Source: Patescibacteria group bacterium
GTDB taxonomy: Bacteria; Patescibacteriota; Patescibacteriia; UBA10025; JAHIVO01
Assembly: GCA_049325535.1 (NCBI GenBank)
Contig: JBMOKY010000001.1
Span: forward strand, 685,942-749,941
Reading direction: 5' to 3'
DNA: 64,000 bases
Under the pieces are notes generated by a model. The model did no database searches. It was not told the DNA's origin and was given only the letters and a program-made list of their open reading frames with translations. The translations under genes were made by a program, and so were the position numbers. This document shows, piece after piece, positions 49,863 to 59,912 of this stretch (its first letter is position 1; the number at the start of each line of letters is the position of its first letter).

Positions 49863-50172
49863 AAAAAAATACCCGCCAGCAACAATTGGAATTGAACTGG
49901 CGGGATGGAGTTTGACAAAAGGACTACGCTTCCCTCACTGGTCTCGCGAATCGGCTCGCCATACCCGAGATCCGATCGCCGGTTCATACTCTGTGTAGGC
50001 CCATCCTCACTGCTACGAGCGCCGGTAGTAGTCCTGATACCGCCGTGACAACAATAACTCCAGAAAATGTTTCCCGTAGATTCATCCGAATCCTGCCCGT
50101 AATTGGGTGTGCTACTCAGTGAACATAACCGACCAGCAGGGAGAGTGTATACCGAGTATATTGCCTCGTCAA
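49863..50172 (-). ncRNA. Candidate structured RNA of about 275 nt (long-range helices and pseudoknots) with promoter and terminator; contains a 33-aa hydrophobic ORF
   Basis: TTGACG-17-TACACT (50172-50144); nested helices with G.U pairs on the minus strand; terminator CCCGCCAG/CTGGCGGG plus T tract (49904-49863). Confidence 0.55.
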
Positions 50173-50278
50173 GCGCGCGCACTAACCCATTGGGCAGCGT
50201 TTACACCAAACACCAGGCGATGGCTCCCAAACCGCAATAGCCCTGCGATCTATCGTTCCGCCTGAGCAACCCCGATCG

Positions 50279-51331
50279 CTACTTCAACTGCGCATCGAAA
50301 AATTCCCGGCTCTGCTCCATAAAATCACTCCACCGTGGTCCAAATTCATGCGCCTCACCATCAAAGACCGTCAGATCAGCCGCAACTGCCGCTGCCTGCA
50401 ATTTCGCAACCATGTCATACGACCAACCAATCGGGACGCTGTCATCACGCGTCCCGTGAAAAATCAGCACCGGCGCGGTAATGCGATCATAATATGTTTC
50501 GGAGGAAATGCCATCCCAAAATTCCGGCGACTCTTCCGGTGATCCATACGTTTCAGTAATTTCGTTGACATCCGGCGACTCGCGGGAAATCCACCGTTCA
50601 TAGCTCTGGCGCATGTCGCCTGACACAGGCGCGTACAATACCGCCGCATCAACCAGACCCGGCTGGGCAACCAACGAACCCAACGTCACGCCGCCACCCA
50701 TCGAGTGCCCCAGCATGCCGATCCGCTCTGAATCAATAGAATCCAATCCTGAATTTTTCAAGGCATACACAGCGTTCATCGCATCCTCAGTATAGGCCAA
50801 TCTGACGGCCAGCGTGTCTCGATCATCCGTGTCCGACTGGGCGTGATTGCGGTAATCGGTGTGCAATACCACATAGCCATGACGCGCAAAATAATCCTGC
50901 TCCCGACGCAGGCCGCGGCCATTCGTGTAGACACTGGTGTCAATATATCCATGATTGAGTACCAATGCGGGAAACGGTCCGTCACCCTTTGGCACATTCA
51001 TGATGCCGGAAATTGTCAGTCCCCCGCTAGTGTACGTTATAGAGTACCGTGTGTAATTGGCATTGTCATCCAATACATCTCCCAGCCGTAGCTCTGCTCC
51101 ATCATATTCCTTTTCAAAGAAAGCCGAATATGAAACAGGGTGCGGTTCCCCATCTGATTCATCCGAGAGTGCAACGTCACCCAGCACTGCCGGCGTCGGA
51201 TCAGAAGCCCTGGATGGCGTATCTTGTGCCACCGGCTGTGGCTCCGCCCGATCCATGGACATAAGGATAGAGACCGTCCCAACCAAGAGGGCACAACCGA
51301 TGAGATACATGGATATTTTTCGCATAGGCAT
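50279..51331 (-). CDS. Secreted alpha/beta hydrolase (peptidase S9-like)
   Basis: Signal/TM segment; HGY, GHSMG nucleophile, HGTRDD and AHEF. Confidence 0.88.
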   Translation of the reverse strand: MPMRKISMYLIGCALLVGTVSILMSMDRAEPQPVAQDTPSRASDPTPAVLGDVALSDESDGEPHPVSYSAFFEKEYDGAELRLGDVLDDNANYTRYSITYTSGGLTISGIMNVPKGDGPFPALVLNHGYIDTSVYTNGRGLRREQDYFARHGYVVLHTDYRNHAQSDTDDRDTLAVRLAYTEDAMNAVYALKNSGLDSIDSERIGMLGHSMGGGVTLGSLVAQPGLVDAAVLYAPVSGDMRQSYERWISRESPDVNEITETYGSPEESPEFWDGISSETYYDRITAPVLIFHGTRDDSVPIGWSYDMVAKLQAAAVAADLTVFDGEAHEFGPRWSDFMEQSREFFDAQLK

Positions 51332-51460
51332 GGTACGACTGCTGACACATCCTTTACCATATCGAAAAAACTACCCATCGGCAAAACGGGCATTCTACTC
51401 GAGATACGTCAGCAGTCCAATCGGTCACGTCTGCCCGATCAATCGCCGATCAAAAAAATA

Positions 51461-52063
51461 CTACTTTTTCTTGGCTGCTTTTTTCTTAGCTGCCTTTTTC
51501 GGCTGTTTTTTCGGTTTGGGGATTTCAGCTTTTGCAGCTTTAATGACGTGGATTTTTGGTACAGCAGACGGAACCAGTGCGCTGATCAGTGTATCCATTT
51601 TCGCGCTCAGCGCGCGCAGTTCGGTCAGCACCGTTTGGTCACTGCCGCGGTCAGACCGAATTTGACTGTCACGTCGGACCGTGCCAGTACCCCTGCCCAT
51701 GCCAGCAAAACACTCTTTGCAATACACCGGTTTTTCACCAGTCGGTCGAAACGGCACTTCACACGACGTACCGCAATTATCACATGTAGCGCTGAACATG
51801 CGCCGCTCTGCAAAACGCGACTGATCCGAAGTCCCACCTGAACGCCGGTCGTCCCGCTGGTTATGTTTGCCGAAGCAATTGCTGCAATAAATCGGCCGAT
51901 CACCGCGTGGTTTAAACGGCACCGAGCAGACGTCACCGCAATCGGCGCAGGTCGTTTGGAACATTTGTTTGGATCCGCCATCACGGTCATCAAACCGGCG
52001 TTTGCCGGACATACGGCCAAAACTGCGGCCACCCGGCCGATTACCTCGTTCTCTCGTTTGCAT
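51461..52063 (-). CDS. Protein with two CxxC-x17-CxxC domains
   Basis: CADCG..CSVPFKPRGDRPIYCSNCF and CDNCG..CEVPFRPTGEKPVYCKECF; basic tail. Confidence 0.9.
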   Translation of the reverse strand: MQTRERGNRPGGRSFGRMSGKRRFDDRDGGSKQMFQTTCADCGDVCSVPFKPRGDRPIYCSNCFGKHNQRDDRRSGGTSDQSRFAERRMFSATCDNCGTSCEVPFRPTGEKPVYCKECFAGMGRGTGTVRRDSQIRSDRGSDQTVLTELRALSAKMDTLISALVPSAVPKIHVIKAAKAEIPKPKKQPKKAAKKKAAKKK

Positions 52064-52137
52064 AGTATATATAATGAATAATTTAACTGGTGCCTGCAGT
52101 GTAAGCCGAAATTGCCATCATGGCAATGGTATGCCGT

Positions 52138-53358
52138 CTAGTACCGGCGGCGGCGTTGCTGGGAAAACGGCCGGCGCTGACGCCGACGGTTGCCGAAAAA
52201 CTGTCCCCGGCGCGGGCTGGCAGGAGAGTGGCTCGATGACGACACGCTATCCCGACCTACGACCAGCTGAGTGTGGATCAGGCGTTCGATATCCTGGACA
52301 TCCCGCCGCTGGTCTGGGGTGGCAAATGAAATTGCCTTCCCCCTGCGCCCGGCGCGGGCAGTACGTCCGATTCGATGTACATAGTCCTCGGGGGTACCGG
52401 GCAAATCAAAATTGATCACCAGCTCAATGTTACTGATGTCAATCCCCCGCGCTGCGATGTCGGTAGCCACAAGTATGCGGAACGTGCCGTTTTTAAATCC
52501 TTCGATAGCCGCCCGACGCTGCGCCAAACTGCGATTAGAGTGGATTTCCGCCGCAGCGTGGCCTAATTCACGGATGATTATCGCCAATTTCTTTGCGCCC
52601 CATTTAGTGCGGGAAAAAACCAGAATGGAACCCGTATGCCGTTCCAGCAGTTTTGCCAGCATATCCCGTTTGTCCGGCGCGCCCAAAAAAATTACTTCCT
52701 GGTCGATTTCCTTGACCGTGGTGCCGGGCTGGGCGATTTCTACCCGGAGTGGCAAATCCATATGGCGATTGGCAATGGCAACGATGGACTGCGGCATGGT
52801 AGCGGAAAAAAGCATGGTCTGCCGGTCATGCGGTACCATGGCGATAATTTTTTCGATCTGCGGAGCAAATCCCATGTCCAGCATCCGATCGGCTTCATCC
52901 AGCACCACGATGCCGATACTGGTGAGCAGCGATGGTTTTGTCGACAGATGGTCTATCAGACGCCCCGGCGTGGCGATGATGATGTGTGGTTTTGCCATGA
53001 ATGCACGCACCTGCGGAAACATGGAAGTACCACCCACGATGACGGCAGTTCTCAGACCGAGTGACTTGCCAAACTGCTGGAGCACCTCATCTACCTGGCT
53101 GGCTAATTCACGGGTCGGTACCAAGATCAATCCGCGGGTTTTCTGTCGGGCAATATTTTGGATCATAGGCAGACCAAACGCCAGCGTCTTGCCGGTGCCC
53201 GTCTGAGCGATGCCGATCAGATCCTTCCCCTCGATTGCCAAGGGAATGGTTTTTTCCTGGATCGGCGTCGGTGTGCGGAACCCGTGGCGATCCAGCATCC
53301 CGAGCAATGTAGGGGCCAATCCCAGACCATAAAATTGTGATTCGGTTTTTGATGACAT
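52138..53358 (-). CDS. DEAD-box RNA helicase (RhlE-like)
   Basis: AQTGTGKT, PTRELA, TPGR, DEAD, SAT, ARGID and HRIGRTAR. Confidence 0.95.
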   Translation of the reverse strand: MSSKTESQFYGLGLAPTLLGMLDRHGFRTPTPIQEKTIPLAIEGKDLIGIAQTGTGKTLAFGLPMIQNIARQKTRGLILVPTRELASQVDEVLQQFGKSLGLRTAVIVGGTSMFPQVRAFMAKPHIIIATPGRLIDHLSTKPSLLTSIGIVVLDEADRMLDMGFAPQIEKIIAMVPHDRQTMLFSATMPQSIVAIANRHMDLPLRVEIAQPGTTVKEIDQEVIFLGAPDKRDMLAKLLERHTGSILVFSRTKWGAKKLAIIIRELGHAAAEIHSNRSLAQRRAAIEGFKNGTFRILVATDIAARGIDISNIELVINFDLPGTPEDYVHRIGRTARAGRRGKAISFATPDQRRDVQDIERLIHTQLVVGRDSVSSSSHSPASPRRGQFFGNRRRQRRPFSQQRRRRY

Positions 53359-53600
53359 AGACTTTTACGATACGGTCAATAAGCGAGCACCATGCGGTGC
53401 TCATCTACATTTCACGCACAATGCTCTGTACCGCTCTACCCTAGCACGGATGGGTAAAAATAGCTACTGGCAATTACCAGCTGAAAACGCTCCGATCCAA
53501 ACGGGTAACTCTTGACAATACAGGATACCATTGATACCGTTATCGGAATAACAAAAACCAACAGTGCTACCTGACAACCCTTTTATGCGCAGGAGGATAT

Positions 53601-55034
53601 ATGCGCTTCCTATGCTTTCTCTTGGTGCTCGCGCTGACGATGCTGACGGTATCCGGATGTGGTTCAGGCGACTCCCCGACTGCTCCGGGTGACTCGACAA
53701 ACCCCACGGTTGTGGGTATTTCACCGGACAACAACGCCGTGCGTGTACCGACACACACGACGGTCACCATCACTTTTTCCGAAGCGATGGAGACAGCGTC
53801 AATCACACCGCAGGCCATCACGTTCAGTCATGGAGTGGTATTTACGATCAGTGTCGCCAGCGATGGAAAGTCGGTCACGCTGACGCCGAAGGATCCGCTT
53901 GATTTTTCAACCACGTACACGATTACGCTCTCGACGGGAGTGCGTGATCGAGGCGGGAATCCGCTCACCGGCCAAACAAGTTTTGCCTTTACTACGCAGG
54001 CAAACACGTGGCTGAAAACCTACGACGTTGGAAATTCCATAGGCGGTACCGCAATCCAAGCTGGCAATGGCCGGATAATCGTAGCGTGCGGTCGTGTAGC
54101 CATGCTCGATTCACTGGGAAACCAGATATGGGAGCGGACTGACCTGTCCGCAGTCGACATCGTCAGATCGTCAACCGGTTCAGGCTATGTCGCCCTGATC
54201 AATCCGAATTCACCGATGGATTTCGGATTACCGTCCGAGCTGGTCGGTCTGGATGAAGCGGGAACCATCACCTGGCGTACCGTCATTTCCAACCCGGCCA
54301 CGTCGCAGCCACTCACTCTTGCTGGCGATAATGGATACTTCGTATTGTTCACCTCGAATGATTGCGGCTGCTCCTGGATCCAAAAATATGGCGTCGGTGG
54401 GCAGCTGCTGTGGCAACAGCAGTATGTGGGATACGAGAAATTCTACGGCCAATCAGTCGAGGTAATCAGCGGCGGCGATCTGCTTATCGGCGGTGTTACC
54501 ACGATCCAATCATACGGTACCGCCAAATATGCGGCGCAGCTGGAACCGACCACCGGATCAATCCTCTGGGATATGGACTATACGTCGTACACGGCGCTCT
54601 CTGTCTACCAGGTCTGTACTGATCTCAGCGGGGCAATTCTCCTGGTTGGCGTTGAAGTGCCGAGTGTCGGTTCCCCTCGGGCGAATTTTGAACGTCGCGA
54701 CCGGGCCGACCCTACTCGCATGTTCAATAAGGTGTACACATTCAGTGGCGGAAGTCTGGCGACCGATGTGCTTCAGACGGCCGATGCAGGGTATATCCTA
54801 TTGGGTGACGCCAGCATCGGCACAAATCGTCGCCTGTTCCTCCTCAAAACGGACGCGGCGGGGAATGAACAGTGGCGGAAGATCATCGATGGCGACGGCA
54901 TGCCACAGCATGTCCGAGCTCATTCCATGCTGAAAACCTCGGATGGTGGGTTTATAGTAATCGGAACCCACGAGATAAACTCAACCAGCATCGGACTGAG
55001 TATCATAAAAACCGATGAGCAGGGTTACTACTAG
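53601..55034 (+). CDS. Lipoprotein with an Ig-like (Big_5) domain and beta-propeller-like repeats
   Basis: Lipobox VSGC; PTV...P......ITFSE.M...P..PL...TTYT...GV.D.GGN.L; repeats of the type LLKTD..GN..W. Confidence 0.85.
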   Translation: MRFLCFLLVLALTMLTVSGCGSGDSPTAPGDSTNPTVVGISPDNNAVRVPTHTTVTITFSEAMETASITPQAITFSHGVVFTISVASDGKSVTLTPKDPLDFSTTYTITLSTGVRDRGGNPLTGQTSFAFTTQANTWLKTYDVGNSIGGTAIQAGNGRIIVACGRVAMLDSLGNQIWERTDLSAVDIVRSSTGSGYVALINPNSPMDFGLPSELVGLDEAGTITWRTVISNPATSQPLTLAGDNGYFVLFTSNDCGCSWIQKYGVGGQLLWQQQYVGYEKFYGQSVEVISGGDLLIGGVTTIQSYGTAKYAAQLEPTTGSILWDMDYTSYTALSVYQVCTDLSGAILLVGVEVPSVGSPRANFERRDRADPTRMFNKVYTFSGGSLATDVLQTADAGYILLGDASIGTNRRLFLLKTDAAGNEQWRKIIDGDGMPQHVRAHSMLKTSDGGFIVIGTHEINSTSIGLSIIKTDEQGYY

Positions 55035-55241
55035 ATTCTTTGAGGCAACATCGCACCATGGAGCGGGTCAGACGACTCGCTCCTTTTTATACTCTATCGG
55101 TAACTCCGATACATCACCTCGCCATCCGACTATGCTATTATGCCAGGGTATCGATGAGTCATGATGCAATATACTTTATATAAAAAGCGGGGTTTGCGCA
55201 CACTGCACAAACCCCACACTGCTCATCGAACCGCCTGGAGA

Positions 55242-56717
55242 TCAGGCGAGCGATTTGAGCAATGACTGGAGGAAAAGATAGCACTCCTCGACACTGGCAA
55301 GACTCACCCGCTCCTCGGCGCTATGGGCGCCGCGGATATCCGGCCCGAGCGACACCATCTCGATGTCCGGGTATTTGCCTTTCAGCAAACCGCATTCCAG
55401 GCCGGCATGAATCGCCGTCACCAGGAGCGGATCGGCACGCTGCTGCTGCCAGACGCGTTGTACCGTCTGAACCAACGGAGCGTCCGGCTCCGGCTGCCAG
55501 CCCGGGTAGCCTTCACCATAGGTCACGGAGGAACGCACAGAATCATCTCCTTCGAAAAAGCCCCAGCACACGTCCTGGATCTGGACCTTCAGCTGTTCCA
55601 GTTCAGCGGCATCAGACGACCTGCCCATCAGCGTCAGCGAGAGTTTCTGCGTAGACACACCCAAGCGCGCCACGCCGAGATTGACCGACGTCTGCGGCAC
55701 GTCCAGGATGGGCGACATGGAGATGACACCATGCGGCAGTTCCTGGATCAATGCTAGGAGCTGTCGGGTGACAGCGCTGCTGGCGGCCTGCGGAACGGGG
55801 TCATCGGTTGCGACCAGCAAAAACTGCATCGCCGGCTCGTCGGCATCGTAGACGGTGGTGAGCGTACTGCTCACCGTGGAAAAGAGATCCTGCAGCCGAT
55901 CGACATTTCCGTTCGCCACGAAAATCGCGCGAGCTGATGCCGGGATGGCATTGCTACGGCTACCGCCGGATAGTTCCACCAGCTGAATCTGCTGATGAAA
56001 ATTCATTCCCGCGATCGCCTCAGCCAGTACCCGCACGGCATTCTGCCGACCTTTGTTGATCTCCAGTCCTGAGTGTCCGCCCTGGAGCCCAGAGACTCCC
56101 AGTATCCAGGTCTTGGCCGTATCGGCGACATGCTGATACTGGACCTCGACGTCCACCGTGATGCCGCATCCACCAGCACAACCGATGAAAAGCATCTTCC
56201 AGTCTTCAGAATCGAGGTTCAGAAGTACCTTCGACTCGAGTTTGAATTCCAGCGACGCGGCGCCATCCAGGCCGGTTTCTTCCTGGACAGTGAAGAGAAG
56301 TTCCAGCGGACCGTGTTCGCCCTCAGCGCCGATGGCCAACGCCAGGGCGACGCCGATACCGTTATCGGCACCGAGGGTGGTACCGATCGCCTTCAGCCAG
56401 CCGTCTTCCAGCCGGAGCTGAAGCGGAAACCGTTCATCGCCGTAGGCATTGCCCTGGTCATCCAGACACACCATGTCGAGGTGCGCCTGCAGACAGACTG
56501 AGGCTTTCGATTCATGGCCAGGCGTAGCCGGTACTACCACCAGCACGTTGCCGATGTCGTCGCGCCTGTATGTCCACCCGTGCTGACGGGCGAACTCCAT
56601 GATCCACTCCCCGATTCGCGCCTCCTCCTTGGACGCGCGGGGAATCTCGGTGATTGACCTGAAAATACGCAAGACCGGATGATCCTGCAGCTGCTCCAGA
56701 GTTTTGACTGCGTTCAC
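55242..56717 (-). CDS. pepD: Aminoacyl-histidine dipeptidase (M20C)
   Basis: LQAHLDMV, TTLGADNGIG, EETGL.GA, GGHSG and IHAGLECG. Confidence 0.92.
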   Translation of the reverse strand: MNAVKTLEQLQDHPVLRIFRSITEIPRASKEEARIGEWIMEFARQHGWTYRRDDIGNVLVVVPATPGHESKASVCLQAHLDMVCLDDQGNAYGDERFPLQLRLEDGWLKAIGTTLGADNGIGVALALAIGAEGEHGPLELLFTVQEETGLDGAASLEFKLESKVLLNLDSEDWKMLFIGCAGGCGITVDVEVQYQHVADTAKTWILGVSGLQGGHSGLEINKGRQNAVRVLAEAIAGMNFHQQIQLVELSGGSRSNAIPASARAIFVANGNVDRLQDLFSTVSSTLTTVYDADEPAMQFLLVATDDPVPQAASSAVTRQLLALIQELPHGVISMSPILDVPQTSVNLGVARLGVSTQKLSLTLMGRSSDAAELEQLKVQIQDVCWGFFEGDDSVRSSVTYGEGYPGWQPEPDAPLVQTVQRVWQQQRADPLLVTAIHAGLECGLLKGKYPDIEMVSLGPDIRGAHSAEERVSLASVEECYLFLQSLLKSLA

Positions 56718-56871
56718 GCATTACTCCTATTGTTTGAGGGTGAAATGATCTGTTTTAGGTTCCAGCCAGAGTACTGCTCTGACCGTGATTTGTCAAGTCC
56801 TACCGCATCCGTCTGCCAATCGACCAAATACAAAAAAATCCCGCTGCCACATACACCCAGGGGGCTTACGA

Positions 56872-57120
56872 TCAGTCTGCACTGCGGATCATTTTGATTT
56901 TATCTGCGCGCGTCATCTGTTTCACGCGCGCCTCAGCCCGTGACGCGGTCGAACGATTCCGATACGTCCGCTGATACACCAGCCGTACTGGTCGCCGGGC
57001 GCGGGTGTATTTCGCTCCACGATCAGTGGTATTATGCTCGACCAATCGCTTCTTCACATCGCGACAGATACCGGTATAGAAAGTCCGATCCGCGCATTTG
57101 ACGATGTAGAGGATATACAT
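56872..57120 (-). CDS. GIY-YIG nuclease family protein (UPF0213/YhbQ-like)
   Basis: YIVKCAD..FYTGI..D...R..EHN....GAKYTRARRPV.LVY. Confidence 0.88.
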   Translation of the reverse strand: MYILYIVKCADRTFYTGICRDVKKRLVEHNTTDRGAKYTRARRPVRLVYQRTYRNRSTASRAEARVKQMTRADKIKMIRSAD

Positions 57121-57205
57121 ATTTCTGCAAGATTGACCCCCAGTCCGGACACCGTGGAGTTCAGGATGTACCGACCGACGAATATATCATACCGTCAGCT
57201 CTCTG

Positions 57206-57793
57206 CTACTCATTGACAAACGATGGGATGAGTTTAAATGCGTCCATGGTGTACGCGGCCGTCGTAAGTTCGTCCTTGGTAAAGACTAAGGTATTTTCTC
57301 CTTCACTCAGACCGGCATTGCCTATCATATACCATTTCCAGCCTTTAGTATCCTCGGACGTATGGGTGTACCGCAGCATAGCGCCGCTATTGATAGTCAC
57401 GGTCGCGCTGCGAGAACCATTGTCATGCATGGCATCATCACTCAGGCGGGCGTAGAGAATGTATTGGCCAGATTGAGGCACTGAAACGACATAGCGAGCG
57501 CTGTCTCCGCCATCTGCCAGATACGCCTCTCCTCCGCGTGCTGATTCACCGATATAGGAATATGAATACTCGCTTGATTTCTCCAGCGTGCCGGTTTCCG
57601 CTTCGACATAGACGCCGCCTTCCGGTACATCACTATTGTCAGCGGAAGCAGCGTTTGTATCTGCTACGCCGGAATTGGTCGAGGCGGTATTCAGATTTGA
57701 TGTCTGATTTGTAGATGTATCAGTATTGGTACAACCGGAAATAAGCAGTACCAGTAAGATGGCGCTGGAAATGAAAACAATGTTCCGCAACAT
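57206..57793 (-). CDS. Lipoprotein with a carbohydrate-binding-module-like beta-sandwich
   Basis: Lipobox ISGC, T/N/S-rich linker, then EAE.G...GQY....R...W.W......L.EGENTL. Confidence 0.75.
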   Translation of the reverse strand: MLRNIVFISSAILLVLLISGCTNTDTSTNQTSNLNTASTNSGVADTNAASADNSDVPEGGVYVEAETGTLEKSSEYSYSYIGESARGGEAYLADGGDSARYVVSVPQSGQYILYARLSDDAMHDNGSRSATVTINSGAMLRYTHTSEDTKGWKWYMIGNAGLSEGENTLVFTKDELTTAAYTMDAFKLIPSFVNE

Positions 57794-57972
57794 AGTGATG
57801 TATTGAATTATTAGTATACACTATAGTATACAGGTACCACTGGATGCCGACAAGCTATGAAAACCTGAATTGATTGACATGCGCCACCTGGATTGCTAAG
57901 ATAGCTGACTACCGTCAAAACATACATCTACATAGTTTCTTGGTAAACCTATAGCCCACGGAGGGTACTCGT

Positions 57973-58578
57973 ATGTTCCGTACTATCGTATTGGTCACGG
58001 TGGTCCTCATGACCGCCATACTGACATTCGGCTGCACCGACACGGAAAAGGAGCAGCTGAAGCAGGACGCTGCCAACCTGCGGATCTCGATCAGTGATCG
58101 GGATCAGACCATCCTGCAGATGTCGACCGAAGCGCTCAACAAGCGCGACAGCCTGAACAGCGTGCAGTCGGCCTATGCGGCAACTATCGACTCACTCAGT
58201 AAAAGCAGACAGCAGAACGCCGATCGGCTTGCGGAAAACCGGAAGCTGAAGGCGCACATCGCTGAACTGAATGCGGATGTGGAGCGATTGCAGCCGTTTG
58301 AAACTGCTTTTGCCGAATGCGACGCCGACCGGCGCCGGATTGGCCTTGCATTGGGCGAAGCCCAGTCTACTATTGACCTGCGCGACGAGCGTATCGCCGC
58401 TGACAGCGCGCTGCTGGACTCGGTCAAGCAATGCTACGATGTGCAGAAGCACAATGCCTCCCGCTCATGGTGGCAGCACACCTGGGGCAGCAACAAATGG
58501 AATATGCCGTTTGCTGAGCCGGAATTTCTGGTCACGCCCATCGTGGTCACAAACCCCGGCCGACAGTCGGCTCGCTAA
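57973..58578 (+). CDS. Coiled-coil lipoprotein
   Basis: Lipobox TFGC and heptad repeats; TTGACA-17-TAAGAT promoter and GGAGG RBS. Confidence 0.75.
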   Translation: MFRTIVLVTVVLMTAILTFGCTDTEKEQLKQDAANLRISISDRDQTILQMSTEALNKRDSLNSVQSAYAATIDSLSKSRQQNADRLAENRKLKAHIAELNADVERLQPFETAFAECDADRRRIGLALGEAQSTIDLRDERIAADSALLDSVKQCYDVQKHNASRSWWQHTWGSNKWNMPFAEPEFLVTPIVVTNPGRQSAR

Positions 58579-58646
58579 CTGTCCCATAGGGAAAAACTGG
58601 CGACAGCGTCAGTCAAACAGGGCGCCTACTACACGGCCCCTGTTTT

Positions 58647-59900
58647 TTATTCTGAAAATGGCCGAGTGACTTCCTGCGTCGTGATAGCACTCGGCTTATC
58701 GCTCAGTACCCGGCACCATCGATACACCTGTGCTAATAACCATTCAACAGTTCCGATATAGCTTGCTTTTTCCCAGAGCCACAGGAATATAGCCCACAGA
58801 CCGACCAGGCTTGCGGCGAACATGAGAGTCACCGGTATCGTATCACTCCAGCCAGGCCAGATTGCATTCCACACGTGCATATACAGCTCCCGCACGGGAG
58901 TCTCGAGAAAAAAAACTGTCAGCGGCACCCGTCCAAATCGCAGCAACGGATAGAGCCGACGATGAAATGGTGCTTGCCGTGCAGGGGCATCGAAAAGTCT
59001 CTGCAGACCAACCAATAATAGTATAAACAATCCAAGCAAAACAAACGTGATGGCATACCACGTCCAATCGATTGTCCGCTCGAGCATCGTATCAGGGAGT
59101 AAAAACATGGTCACCCCACCGACTATCAGCCATGCCAGCCCAATCAGTCCCACGGTACGACGCCGGATGCGCTGCCAGTCTTGCGCGACTGAAAAACCGA
59201 TGCTCGCACCAATCAGCCCAAACCCAAGGAATGGCAAAATGGGATTATTCTTATTAACCAATTGACTGACTGCCCAACCTAAAAAAGGATTACTCGAATC
59301 AATATAACTTTCGTACCAGGAAAAAAGTGGAATACGCACCGCCCCCGCAAACACCACCACCGTACCGATGATCATCAACCAGACGCTGAAATGTTGGATT
59401 CGCTCGAACTTCGGCTTCAATAACCATGTGAAAAAGCCAAAAAAGATGACGTTCCACGCCAGCATCACCAGAGCATCGACATAGACCAACCGTTCAAATG
59501 AAAATGGCGTCCAGCGCCCTTCGTGTAACAATCCGCCCAACAATGAATGCGTATATTGGTCGGCATCAAAATTAACCAGCGCCGGACCAAAAACCATAAA
59601 ATACACGACGGAAAGCACCAGCACAAGCAATCCTTTCACTATTAAATCACGAACCAATCTGCCGATCGGCTGATGCTCCTGCATACGACGGTATAATTGT
59701 ATGGCGTAGGCGCACGTCGATACCAAGGCAAAAAGCCCGGCCCACATGAGCAAAAACCCAATGATCGTGACTGTCACCGGCGGGTTATCCATATCCAGTG
59801 AAAAAAGCCCGCCGTATTGGTACAGGGCGGCATGGAGGAATACTACACCCACCAAACCGATGCCACGGATTACATCAAGGGACAAAAGACGAAAACGCAT
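58647..59900 (-). CDS. Multi-TM acyltransferase (HGSNAT/DUF1624-like)
   Basis: RLLSLDVIRG......H at the N-terminus, many TM helices and G...LT.F near the C-terminus. Confidence 0.72.
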   Translation of the reverse strand: MRFRLLSLDVIRGIGLVGVVFLHAALYQYGGLFSLDMDNPPVTVTIIGFLLMWAGLFALVSTCAYAIQLYRRMQEHQPIGRLVRDLIVKGLLVLVLSVVYFMVFGPALVNFDADQYTHSLLGGLLHEGRWTPFSFERLVYVDALVMLAWNVIFFGFFTWLLKPKFERIQHFSVWLMIIGTVVVFAGAVRIPLFSWYESYIDSSNPFLGWAVSQLVNKNNPILPFLGFGLIGASIGFSVAQDWQRIRRRTVGLIGLAWLIVGGVTMFLLPDTMLERTIDWTWYAITFVLLGLFILLLVGLQRLFDAPARQAPFHRRLYPLLRFGRVPLTVFFLETPVRELYMHVWNAIWPGWSDTIPVTLMFAASLVGLWAIFLWLWEKASYIGTVEWLLAQVYRWCRVLSDKPSAITTQEVTRPFSE

Positions 59901-59912
59901 ATTATATAATTA

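Noticed and set aside
56872-57120. Second GIY-YIG gene as part of the palindromic element family
   Set aside because: It belongs to a different (YhbQ-like) subfamily and has no TGTCA...TGACA inverted repeats around it.
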